Shown here in pieces: positions 12,187-23,545 of a stretch of 64,000 nucleotides of DNA (the stretch's first letter is position 1; the number at the start of each line of letters is the position of its first letter). The notes below the pieces were generated by a model. It was not told the origin of the DNA, did not search any database, and saw nothing but the letters and a program-made list of their open reading frames with translations. A program made the translations under genes and the position numbers. Origin of the DNA: Eledone cirrhosa (Eukaryota); contig OZ024745.1 of assembly GCA_964016885.1 (NCBI GenBank), forward strand, positions 109,368,001 through 109,432,000. Reading direction: 5' to 3'.

Positions 12187-12803
12187 GCAGACACACACAT
12201 ATATATGTGCTTGTGTGAACTTGAAGGACTTTCTGTTCGTAAGTACATATGTGTATACACACACACACAGCACTTCCCATGTTTATAGATATATATATCA
12301 CATACATATATGATATATATACAAGTATATTTGTATGCATATGTGCATAGACATGAGTGTGTATGTGTGTGTGTGTGTGTGTGTGTAAGTGTTTGTATAC
12401 ATACAGACATGCGTATGTATACAAACATATATATGTATAGTAAACATGTGTGTGTACATATGAACATAAGTGTGTGTGGTGTAGTGTGGTGTGTGACTGA
12501 AGAATACTGGTTGTGAATATGTAATGTAAAGAAGTAAATCAATCTAGCGTTTGGAGATGAAGGCACGCAATTTTCCAATTGCAAGTCAATGTCATTTGTA
12601 CGGTAGAGGACCTGTCAACAACTTGTATGACCTGGCTACTTGGATTATCATCAATCGCAGACTGTAGGAAAAATATTAGCAATCAAGCGAAATCATTACT
12701 CTGCTGTATTTATAAATACAGTTAAACACGCACACATAGACATTTGTTATAGATACGTATATGTGTGCATGTACATACATACATACATACATACATACAT
12801 ACA

Positions 12804-12864
<61 letters not shown>

Positions 12865-13026
12865 GTGTGGATGTATATATGTGTGCTTCTTTGTATTTGT
12901 TGATCTATCTTTTATATATTTAATATAGATATATATTTATTTGTATATATATAAATATAGATATATATTTATTTGTATATATATAACTTATTCATAAGAA
13001 CACATTTGACATATACACACACACAC

Positions 13027-13085
<59 letters not shown>

Positions 13086-13127
13086 CGGAGAGATTCTCAG
13101 TACCAACTCACGAAGACTCAGCTTTGA

Positions 13128-13181
<54 letters not shown>

Positions 13182-13668
13182 TGAGAGAGGTATGTGTAGA
13201 TGTATGTATATATATATATATATGTTTATTTATAGGCATGTTTATATTTATATATATACATATACACTTTTTCAAAATGTCTAGGAAATTTTCGCAAAGA
13301 ATCTCAGTAAATAAATGGCTGTCGGCAAGATTAATATTGCAAATGGAGGCTAGATCACTTGCAGCAGATTCACAAAAGACTGCTTTGCAGAAAGCCATCC
13401 AAGTGCATGGAAAATACAGCAGCCAACACACAAACATTTAAACAATATAAACCGCATCATCAGACACTCAAAATACAAAACAAAACAAAACAAAAGGGAT
13501 TAAAATATAAAATAACTTCCCTTAGGAGTCTGTTCCGTGTAACTAATTCATGCAACAAATAAAATTACAAGTTGGCAGTCTAAAATTCAAACTGCATGGC
13601 AGTCAATGTACTGGGTGCTAATTCCCCCTAAAACACACACACGCATATATATATATATATATATATAC

Positions 13669-13870
13669 GTAGGTCCCGGGTTGGCCTATGCCATGAAGTG
13701 GTCCTGTGTATCTAAATACCCCCCCCCCCCCCCCCATCCACCACTCCTCCCTTGCCACTACCTAAATGTATAAATACCAGAACTTAATATGACACCCAGC
13801 TTCCTGAAGATTTCATCTGAATGAAACAGTACTAGTCCTGTAGAAGTTCCTTCTATAAAATAAAAAAATA

Positions 13871-13874
<4 letters not shown>
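13669..13874. mobile_element. TA-flanked HHR element family C, copy 1
   Basis: Lies between two (TA)n tracts; HHR on +; probable tail on - ending CAACCCGGGACCTAC (compare CAACCCGGAATAAC in 14306-14423). Confidence 0.65.
13798..13848 (+). ncRNA. Hammerhead ribozyme motif (family C), intact core
   Basis: AGCTTC-CTGAAGA(13804-13810)-TTTCA tc TGAAT-GAAA(13823-13826)-CAG tactagtc CTG-T-A-GAAGTT; GUA site; ACTAGT palindrome in loop III. Confidence 0.8.
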
Positions 13875-13915
<41 letters not shown>

Positions 13916-13918
<3 letters not shown>

Positions 13919-14288
13919 GGAGGTGAGTTTTATTGTAGTACAATAAAGCAATGCAGATATCGGATAAGAAGCACTCTACAGTTTGTAGGACTGGAGTATA
14001 CATAATATATAAGATCAAAAGATGGTTAAATGAGTTCCATGTATTTTATTATGCGCATTTCAAAAACAAATATCATCATGCAATAACATTTGTGTTTTCA
14101 TCAGATAAAATAGGAGGACATGATACGAAGGTTAAAAAACTCTTGTGGATAGTGCAGTTTTAAATCAACATATGTTGATTTAAAACTGCACTATCCACAA
14201 GTGTTATTGCATGATGATATTTGTTTTTGAAATGCGCATAATAAAATACATGGAACTCATTTAACCATCTTTTGATCTTATATATTAT
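13916..14288 (-). mobile_element. TA-flanked HHR element family A, copy 3 (exact head-to-head palindrome, deletion in right arm)
   Basis: Centre CAT|ATG at 14171/14172; intact HHR on - at 14042-14112; right arm lacks about 50 bp including the CTGANGA box. Confidence 0.88.
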
Positions 14289-14305
14289 ATATATATATAT
14301 ATATA

Positions 14306-14418
14306 GTTTTAATATAGAAAAGCTTCTACAGGACTAGAACTGTTTCATTCGTAAGAAATCATCAGGGATGTATTGAGTACCTTACTTACTATGGTTACCT
14401 CCGATTCAACCCGGAATA

Positions 14419-14423
<5 letters not shown>
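14306..14423. mobile_element. TA-flanked HHR element family C, copy 2
   Basis: Minus strand 14321-14365: CTGATGA-TTTC ttac GAAT-GAAA-CAG ttctagtc CTG-TA-GAAGCT, homologous to 13804-13848; stem I 5' strand replaced by + strand tail. Confidence 0.7.
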
Positions 14424-14469
<46 letters not shown>

Positions 14470-14645
14470 ATATATATATATGTGTGTGTGTGTGTGTGCT
14501 AATTCCCTCTGAAACACACACACACGCATATGTATGTGTGTGTGTATGTATGTATGTGCTAATTCACCCTAAAACACACACACGCACTCATATTTGGGTG
14601 TGTGTATATATCTGCTAATTCACCCTAAACACACACACACATATA

Positions 14646-14700
14646 TGTGTCTTTGCGTTTCTGACACTAGTCCTTCATCAAAAGACAGAATGTGAAATGA
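14646..14700 (-). ncRNA. Degenerate hammerhead motif (family I)
   Basis: Minus strand: TGTCTT-TTGATGA-AGGACTAGTGTCA-GAAA-CGC-A-AAGACA; homologous to 37870-37915. Confidence 0.45.
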
Positions 14701-14899
14701 TGAAACAGAAAGATAGAAAGTTGTAAGAGAAAAGAAGAGAACATTTTTTTCAGAAAAAAACAACAACAAAAAACACGTGTGTATTATATATATGGGTGTG
14801 TGTGTGTGTTTGTGCAAGCGTGGTAAAGTGAACAGAAAAACGATGTGTGTGTGTATGTATGATGGCTGCAAACTCTGCTAAGAGTATTGCAATCGCTTG

Positions 14900-15362
14900 T
14901 CAGATTATAGAGTTGGATGTACTTTTAGGCTACGGCCAGCCACACGAACCTGTAACAATGCCTGTGCTTTGAATGTTTTTTTAAGTGGAGAAAAGCCTTG
15001 CACTCGACTAATCCCACTCTTTGAGCATCGAAAATACTACCCGAAAAGGAGAACTGGTCAACATCTTCGGATGCTTCCGAAGCCGCAGGTTTTTTTTTTT
15101 TCAGAGTTTCCCTCTCCTAGAAAGGTGTTCTGACAACAACTGAGGGCCTTTCACTCCCAGGTGAAAAAAACAAACAAAAAAAAACAGGTTCAATTTGGAT
15201 GGCCGTTGACTCTGCTGAGTTCCTCCGCCCTTTTCCGGGTCTCGCAGAGTGTCCAAATATCACCCCCCTCACCAAGCAAGCTTGGTGGAGTTGCCGGTTT
15301 AGGTACTGACGACCCGACCATGAGACAGGTTGTACTGGGTTACATGTTACCAGTAGCACTCG
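14900..15362 (-). mobile_element. Probable RTE LINE 5'UTR fragment
   Basis: GC-richer island with CTAGGAGAGGGAAACTCTG and CCACCAAGCTTGCTTGGTGAGGGG motifs, recalled from RTE 5' regions. Confidence 0.4.
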
Positions 15363-15682
15363 AGAGAGTGTGTGTGTGTGTGTATATATATATATACTTT
15401 GAATAAAGAATACGTGCACATATTTTCATTTAATAAACACATTCAGCCTGCCTCTGTAAATGAAATGATGTATGTGAATTTAAGTAGAACATATCCCCAT
15501 TACACACACACATATACACACACATATACACATGTACATATGTACATATACACACATGTACATATACATTTATGAGTAGAAATTGTCACATCCAAAATAT
15601 AAACGATCGTTTACATACGTTTTCGTGTACTTTATTGTGAGCGTATACGTAGAGAGAGAGAAGTAAAATCTCGACCGCGACT

Positions 15683-15736
<54 letters not shown>

Positions 15737-15743
<7 letters not shown>

Positions 15744-16254
15744 ACTAGAGATTGATTAACATATAAATAAACATAAATAATCACAGGGGATAATTTTTAC
15801 AAGTGTGTAACCACACATAGCTAGGTAGGTAACTAAATAAAGTTGACCAGAACTTCAAAAATAGATACCTTATAATATGATTAATCTTCCCAGCATATAT
15901 TCCATTAAAGAAATATATTTCACCAATTAATCAGATGGTCAACCACAGAAGTGGAGATTTGGATTTTCAACAAGGAAGAAGATTAATCATATTATAAGGT
16001 ATTTATTTTTGAAGTTCTGGTCAACTTTATTTAGTTACCTACCTAGCTATGTGTGGTTACACACTTGTAAAAATGATCCCCTGTGATTATTCATGTTTAT
16101 TTATATGTTAATCAATCTCTAGTTATTATAAAATGCTCGGACCTACTCGTTAGAATCTTAGAGCTTATTTTGCGAGTGATATGGCGCATGTCTTTTTGGC
16201 ATGACACCCATAATTTTGATTTAGATTAAATTCATTTGATTTATCTTAATTTTG
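15737..16254 (+). mobile_element. TA-flanked inverted-arm element family G
   Basis: About 150-bp inverted arms 15737-15889 / 15978-16130, roughly 90-bp spacer, tail 16131-16254; spacer minus strand has ACCA..TGGT-GAAA-TATA-T-T (HHR 3' half). Confidence 0.8.
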
Positions 16255-16276
16255 TATATATATATATATATATATA

Positions 16277-16483
16277 TATTAAATAACAGATTAAAGTTTA
16301 AGCAAAGAATCGCTGCTTTCACCCTTAACGGGATCTTATCCCGTTAAGGGTGAAAGCAGCGATTCTTTGCTTAAACTTTAATCTGTTATTTAATAAATAT
16401 TTGCTCTACGGTTCTTATATATTTGATATATATTTATCCTTATCGAGCCCTCTTTGGATTTTAGTCTTCAATGTTATTATTAT

Positions 16484-16487
<4 letters not shown>
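16277..16487 (+). mobile_element. TA-flanked HHR element family B, copy 2 (perfect 58-bp hairpin plus tail)
   Basis: 16277-16334 is the exact reverse complement of 16338-16395, loop CTT; same termini as 8058-8644. Confidence 0.9.
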
Positions 16488-16547
<60 letters not shown>

Positions 16548-17099
16548 GAAGATTCTTAAGCCAGTGGGTATAATTTAAAAAATCAAAAGCGTATAACTAA
16601 ATAATTGAAACAAGTTTCAACATATAAGCATATATGTATATTCTCCTTCAAGCTGTGAAATATTTATATCCCCACCATACATTATATGGACTTATGAAGT
16701 ATAAAACGTAAACTTACTCACATAAAGTAAAAGTTTGCTCTCCGAATCATCTGGTAATTTTTTTCCGTTTGTTAAACAACTTGGTATATTTTTTCAATAC
16801 CATCATAAGTAATAACTGTTTCTACTTTAGGCACAAGGCCAGCAATTACCCAGTGCATTACTGGTACTTTATTTTATCGACCACGTAAGGATGAAAGGCA
16901 AAGTCAACCTCTCCATCATAAGTAATAACAACATTAAAAAATTCATTACTGTTAACAGTAATTCATTATTGGAACAGTAAGGGAAGTGTAAAACGCCTTA
17001 ACACAAGAGAACGAACTCTTTAGATATGAACACAACCACAAGGATATGGTCCGAACGTGGAAGAACCGAACTCCCAGTCATCATCTCCATCTCTCTGTA

Positions 17100-17280
17100 T
17101 GGTGAGCAAACGGGGTCCCACGTGCTGGCCTCCCCACAGCCCCAGTGGGCAGAATGGAGAAGGCATTTCCCCGGAGGATGGTAAGGGAGATGCGCTGGAA
17201 GAGCCATTCCATCTCGCGAGGCTCACACTTGCGGCTGACCAGCTCAGCGCCTATGGTCGTCAGTAGGGAGGTGAGAGGCA
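17100..17280 (-). mobile_element. CRE-type RLE retrotransposon 3' fragment
   Basis: IGAELVSRKCEPREMEWLFQRISLTILRGNAFSIL; homologous copy at 26755-26885. Confidence 0.75.
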
Positions 17281-17282
17281 TA

Positions 17283-18640
17283 CACAGTTAGTTACCCTGT
17301 CTATGCTCTGAGAATTAGGTAAGTGAACTTTCTTTCTTTTAAACACAGAAAATGGTCGTTCAACAGACGAAGTTGAAATGGATAAAGTCAAGATTAAATG
17401 TTTTATTTTTCTGTTCTTGTGGAAAACCTTCAATCTGTTCATTTCGTAATATATATTTCAAGTGGCTTGAATATAAGCCTAGGCAAAACATTTGTTAAAA
17501 AAACCCCTGCGAATTTGGACCTGAGAAGGAGCAAAGTAAAAGAAACACACCAAAGTGTCTTTTTTTTTTATTTCAAGATTTTAACGCTTCCCCTTGAACA
17601 ATTGCTTGGTAGTTTAAAAGCTCGATAAATTCAATTTATTTTCATAGACGTAAGTTGGTCATATATTGTTAAATATTTCAGAGAAAATCTTTTCATAATC
17701 TTTCTTTTTTTCTTGAAGAGAGACCAAACTTGTATTCCACTGAACTCCAAATGTCATCAAACTCAGCTGCTCTCATTTTGTTACAGGTTATTCAATCGGT
17801 AATATAGCTCGGATTTTGTTTGCAATACCTTAAAAATATGTTTGAAAAATAGAAAAATGCTAGAAAGCACTTTTAATACAAAATGCGCCATTTTTCGTTT
17901 TATCATCGAAATATTTAGAGATTTTTGTAGAATATCATCCAAAAGATTCTCTATGTTTTTGTTTCACCCAATCCAGATAAATTGATCCATCACGTTCGAG
18001 CAGGTTTAGGAAAGCGTTTTCACTCAAAACCATCGAGCAATGGAAATCATTTCGCCAGGTTACTAAAAAATGAACGATATACTATCGGGGAAAATGTATT
18101 ACTTTAAGCCTGGCGTAAAACAAAATTAAACTTATGAGCATAACAGTACATACTCTCTCTCTCTCATGTTTTTCCTGTACACCACCATATCCACTTGACA
18201 TGACGGCAATGTTATGAACTGCCCCTTTGGGTGTAGATGCATTATGGGATGCCTTGTTGAAGACTAGCAGACAACCTTTTGCTCGAAATACTGCTTGTCA
18301 TAATGAAATTGCACCAGTAAACCGAATAAAACAACTGCTCATTACCAGAAATTATTTTTTTAATGGCACTTCAAAGAAGATACACTCGAGAATTATTTTC
18401 CTCAATTTTCATTTTGAATTCCTAGACTCAACTGAGCAATAAAGACTCACTCTGCTTACCAGTTTCTTGCCATCTATTCACGTTTATCATATTGCAGGTT
18501 GTGACGATTTCACCTTTAACAATGGAATGTAATTTTTTGCAGATTCCAATTACAGTTACGAAACAAGAATCTTGTAAAGACATTATTAAATCTTCTGTGA
18601 CAGTTTTACGCAACATCGCCTGTCACTGGATTTCTGGATA
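17283..18640 (-). mobile_element. Decayed hAT transposase relic
   Basis: LILTLSISTSSVERPFSVFKRKKVHLPNSQSIDRV (hAT dimerisation motif); upstream MSSGYGGVQEK..MYCYAHKFNFVL (CxxH motif); many stops and frameshifts. Confidence 0.75.
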
Positions 18641-18646
18641 TAATTA

Positions 18647-18793
18647 CCGTATTTCCCGGCGCCGAAGACGCACCTTAATTTTGATAACCAAAAATTTGAA
18701 AGAAATAATAAACATTCGGCCTCCAGGACGCATCGTAGATTTTTGAGACTTATTTTAGGAAAAACGTAGCGACTTCGACGCCGGGAAATACGG
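18647..18793. mobile_element. Tc1/mariner (pogo-like) MITE
   Basis: TIR CCGTATTTCCCGGCG(C/T)CGAAG at both ends; TA duplicated at 18645-18646 and 18794-18795. Confidence 0.85.
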
Positions 18794-18919
18794 TATGTGT
18801 TTAGTTCACCATTATGATATAATGTGCGACCGATTGTCGCACTTTGTGGTGACTCCCACCCCACTTTCTTCTTCTTTAATGTTTTTATTTGTCTCCCTTT
18901 TTGTGTTTATATTTGTATA

Positions 18920-19118
18920 CTAGAACACCCGTGACCCGTTGGGTTACGTTCACTTTAAAATATTTTTTTAAAACCATCTTCATTTAGAAATGATTTTCAA
19001 ATAATTAAAATATACAGACATGTATATAATGTAAAATGAAATTGGAAGGCCCATATATATATACGTGTGTGTGTGTATATATATTTATATGTGGGTGTAT
19101 GTGACCTATATACACTGA

Positions 19119-19149
<31 letters not shown>

Positions 19150-19402
19150 CACACACTTAGAAATCTTTCCTATTTAGCGGGAAATATTCGTTATTCTCTC
19201 ACAACCACTATCTCTCTATTTATGAAGGTACTCGGAAAAAAACCGTATCTCGCGAACCTATTTACGCAAAACTTGTTTTATTCCATTTGTATTTCTCATT
19301 TCAGAGGCAACTTCCTTTCAAAGTATTTTCCCATTATGCGCCATTTTAGCTTTATTAAATCACAGACAATCATACAATCACAGAGTTTTAGTAGTATATA
19401 GA
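18920..19402 (-). mobile_element. Non-autonomous Helitron-like element
   Basis: Minus strand starts TCTATATACTACTAAAAC and ends with a GC-rich subterminal segment then CTAG|T; no TIR or TSD. Confidence 0.6.
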
Positions 19403-19674
19403 CAGATAGATACATTCAAAATAAATAAACACCACGAATAATATCACACTACTACTACCACCACCACACTCTACACCATCACTACCACCCTCCACCATCA
19501 CAACACCACCACCACCACATATTTTAAAATTTAGTCAAATAATTCAACAAAAGCACACCACCAAAAATAAAGATATCCCCCACACCCCAGGAGTTCAAAA
19601 GGTGCGGGAGGGGAAGGGGAACTTTATCGTTCTTTACAGAAGATGAAAACATTTGTTGTTTCAAAGAAAAAAAT

Positions 19675-20448
19675 ATTGTAGTAGGATATAGAGAGGGGAG
19701 AGAATTTGTTGATCTAGTGAAAGAGGCTAATTGTGAAAGAGAGTGAGGTATGTAGGAGAATATAGAGAGCGGGAGAGAATTTGTTGGTTTAATGAGACAG
19801 GGGGGTATTGTGAGAGTGATAGAGAGTAAGGTATGTAGTAGAATATAGAGAGGGGGAGAGAATTTGGTGGTATAATGAGAGAGGAGGAATTGTGAGAGAG
19901 AGTGAGATATGTAGTAGGATAGAGATAGAGAAAGAGGGTTCGAGTTTGTTTAATGAGAGAGAGGAAATTAAGAGAGTGAGGTATGTAATGGTATATATAG
20001 AGAGGGAGAGAATTTGGTGGCTGAGTGAGATGGGGAATTGTGAGAGATAGTGCGGTATGTAGTGGTATAGACTGAGGGGGAGAGCATTTGTTGGTTTAGT
20101 GAGAGAGGGGATTTGTGAGAGTGAGGGAGAGGCATGTAGTGAAATATAGGGAGGGGAGATAATTTGGTGATCTTCTAAGAGAGGGGGAATTATGAGAGTA
20201 AGTGATGTATGTAGTGGGATATAGAGAGCAGGAGAGAATTTGTTGGTTTAGTGAGTGAGAGGGTTTTGTGAGAGTGAGAGAGAATGAGGTATATAGTGGA
20301 ATATAGAGAGGGGGAGAGAATTTGGTGATTTAGTGGGAGAGGGGGAATTGTAAGAGTGGGGGTATGTAGTAGTATAGAGTGAGGGGAACAGAGTTTGTTA
20401 TTTTAGAGAGAGGGGGGAATTGTTAGAGAGAGTGAGATATGCAGTAGG

Positions 20449-20480
<32 letters not shown>

Positions 20481-20945
20481 GGATCGATTTTGTTTAATGA
20501 GAGAGGGAAAATTAAGAGAGTGAGGTATGTAATGGTATATAGAGAGGGGGAGAGAATTTGGTGCCTGAGTGAGAGGGGGAATTGTGAGAGAGAGTGCGGT
20601 ATGTAGTGGTATAGACTGAGAGGGAGAGCATTTGTTGGTTTAGTGAGAGAGGGGGTACTGTGAGTGAGAGAGAATGAGATATGTAGTAGAATATAGAGAG
20701 GGGGAGAGAATTTGGTGATTTAGTGAGAGAGTGAGGTATGTAGTGGTATAGAGTGAGGGGGCAAAGTTTGTTGATTTAATGAGAGAGGGGGTATTGTGAG
20801 AGTGTTAGAGAGTGAGTTATTTAGTGGAATATAGAGACCGGGAGAGAATTTGTTGGTTTAGAGAGAGAGAGGTAATTGTTGGAGAGAGAGTGAGGTATGT
20901 AGTGGGTTATAGAGAGAGGTGAATGTTTATTCGCCGAGTGAGAGA
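19675..20945. repeat. Degenerate purine-rich minisatellite, unit about 60-70 bp
   Basis: About 18 copies of GAGTGAGGTATGTAGTGGTATAGAGAGAGGGGAGAGAATTTGTTGGTTTAGTGAGAGAGGGGAATTGT. Confidence 0.85.
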
Positions 20946-22067
20946 GGAAGAGACAATTTGATGGTTTAGTGAGTTCGATTCATGGACCGCGCGATGCGTT
21001 ATGTCCTTGAGCAAGACACTTTATTTCACGTTGCTTCTTTTGCCTAGATTTGCGACCTATAGTTAGCATTAAGAATTGGAAAGACCAATGGAAACATTGT
21101 TTCCTAGGTCCGGTTTGATAAGCTTCACCCCACTCGTTAAGCGAGTGAGGTCTGGTATTTTGTCGCGCGACTGTGGATACAACGATTTAAAACCAGTTAC
21201 CATTAAATGTAATCACTTGATGAGATGCTTACTCAGAAAGATATTAAGCGGCCTCTTGTTGATTATAATATTGAATCGTTAGTGGCGAGCACAAACGATA
21301 ATAAGAATGGAAAGAAACAAAAACTAACAATAATAATTGTTTCTACCTTTTGGCACAAGGCCAGCAATTATCCCAGTGTATTACTGGTACTTTATTTTAT
21401 CGACCCCGTAAGGATGAAAGGCAAAGTTAACCTCGGCGGGATTTGAACAATAATAATAATTGTTTCTACTATAGGCACAAGACCAGAAATTTTGGGGGAG
21501 AGGAAAGTCGATTAAATCGACCCCAGTGCATTACTGGTGCTTTATTTTATTGACTCCGAAACGCAAGCTAACCACAGCGGGATTTGAACTCAGAACACAA
21601 AGGGCTGTACTCTATGCCACAAAGCCTGTAACTGATTAAATCGGCCCCAGTGCGTAACTGGTACTTTATTTTATCGACCCCGTAAGTATGAAAGGTAAAG
21701 TTAACCTTAAAGAACCGTAACTATATGTCGCGAAACATGTTGTCCGATGCTCTACCAACCAATTTTATGGCGTCATACTTTCATTTATTTTTACAAACAA
21801 ATATAATATATACAAAGGAAAGGGAAAGGGGGGGGGGAGAGAGAGAGAAAAACAACAACACATAAGCAGGTAATACACACATCTAGGACCACATACAACA
21901 AAAAGCAAGCGAAAGGGGTGGACAAACGAACCGCTACCAGAGCAAAAGATAACAATATCACGAGGACGTTGAGACATTGATTTTCTTTCATCATGACTTT
22001 CTTAATATTGCATATTTTTGAATAAAATTTTGCAAAGATTTCTTTCCAGCAGCGTATATTACGATTA

Positions 22068-22536
22068 CTAGCAGAAAAACCACCCTCGGGTGGATTTCTG
22101 CTAGCATGTGTCGTGTGTATATTGATATTATACGCAGGTATATATACATGTAGATATGATACATCAAATAAAATCGTAATTGACAATATATAATACATAG
22201 AAATTGAACGAAGACTTCGTTACACTGTCTTATTTAATCAGTAACGTAATGCATGATACATTAAAAAAGACGATATTATATATAAACGGCATTAGGAGAA
22301 AATTAGTATGTTTATTTAAGCGATGGCCAACCGAAAGTGTTGATATTTCAGAAATTTTAAAGAAGTGAATCTTTAAATGAACAAAATATATTTAATCAAC
22401 AGCCACGAAATTTAGTACATAAATTATGTAATATTCATTCATTATTTATTCAAAGTAATCCAACTTATTTTACTAATGGGATAAAAAATTATAAACCGTA
22501 CGCAGTCCCGCGCTCCTTACTTTATTATAGTTTAGA
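22068..22536 (-). mobile_element. Non-autonomous Helitron-like element, copy 1
   Basis: Minus strand A|TCTAAACTATAATAAA ... hairpin CTAGCAGAAATCCACCCGAGGGTGGTTTTTCTGCTAG|T; homologous to 23037-23545. Confidence 0.7.
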
Positions 22537-22623
22537 TGTTGATGAAATTTAATTTTTTTTCTGTCTTTTATCTTTCAGAGATTGATAAAAGAAAGTACAA
22601 CTCCAGTACTGGGGTTGATTTAA

Positions 22624-22834
22624 CCCTTTAGCATTTAAACAGGCCATCATTCTCTCACCTCGTTCTGCCCAAACCAGCTGTAACTGGCCACTCATACTGA
22701 TGTTTCGTTATTGTTCTCAAAATAAATAACATCAAAATCTCATAGATTTGATATTATATGAGATAATTATGTAAAATGAAGCCTTTACCATGAAAATACA
22801 ATAGAATATATAGAGTAATGTAAATGTTAAAAGG
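22624..22834. mobile_element. TTAA-flanked (piggyBac-like) MITE
   Basis: TTAA|CCCTTTAGCATTTA ... TAAATGTTAAAAGG|TTAA. Confidence 0.6.
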
Positions 22835-23036
22835 TTAATCAACATTGCTCTTACCCCAATTTTCTGGCCTTGTGCCTAAATTCATATTTTTTAAATTACT
22901 TTTGACCTGTATTTTTATTAGACTAAATGTAAACTCAGAATCGTTTTTATTATACCTTCCAACTTTTTTTTTATGTTTTTTTGTTTTTTGTTTTGCTTTT
23001 GTGTTTTTTGTTTTGTGTTTATGAACGAGATATTTA

Positions 23037-23545
23037 CTAGCAGAAAAACCACCCTCGGGTGGTTTTCTGCTAGCATGTGTAGAGTGCATTTTGATATACG
23101 CAAATATATATATGCATGTAGATATGATACGTCAAATAAAATCGTAATTGACAATATGAAGAGAGACTGTGTTACACTCCCTTCTGTAATAAGTAAAGTA
23201 ATCGATGATACATTTAAAAAAGACGATATTATATATAAACTGCATTACGGTTTAATGTAATGAAAACGAAAAGGGAGAAAATTAGCGACAGCTATACGAT
23301 GCAAATATATGAACGGTATGATATATCATAACCGGAAGTATTGACATTTTAAAAGAAGTGAATTTAAAATAAGCAATCATTATATATAAGAATATTTATA
23401 TTTAATCAATAGCTACGAAATTTAGTACATAAATTATGTAATATTAATTAATTATTTATTCAAAGTATTCGAACTTATTTTATTAATGGGATTAAAAAAT
23501 ATATTAAGGACACAGTCCCACACTCCTCCCTTTATTATATAATGA
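23037..23545 (-). mobile_element. Non-autonomous Helitron-like element, copy 2
   Basis: Minus strand A|TCATTATATAATAAA ... same terminal hairpin, CTAG|T; flanks differ from copy 1. Confidence 0.7.

Noticed and set aside
12540-12662. Possible minus-strand exon after a strong acceptor (atttttcctacAG)
   Set aside because: All frames close within about 40 codons and no recognisable protein motif or partner exon was seen.
13277-13441. Short ORFs on both strands in a unique island
   Set aside because: No recognisable motif; upstream parts run into TA repeats.
16600-16660. Minus-strand TTGAAGG-hairpin-GAAACTTGT hammerhead-like relic
   Set aside because: Two core mismatches and no stem I pairing; too weak to call.
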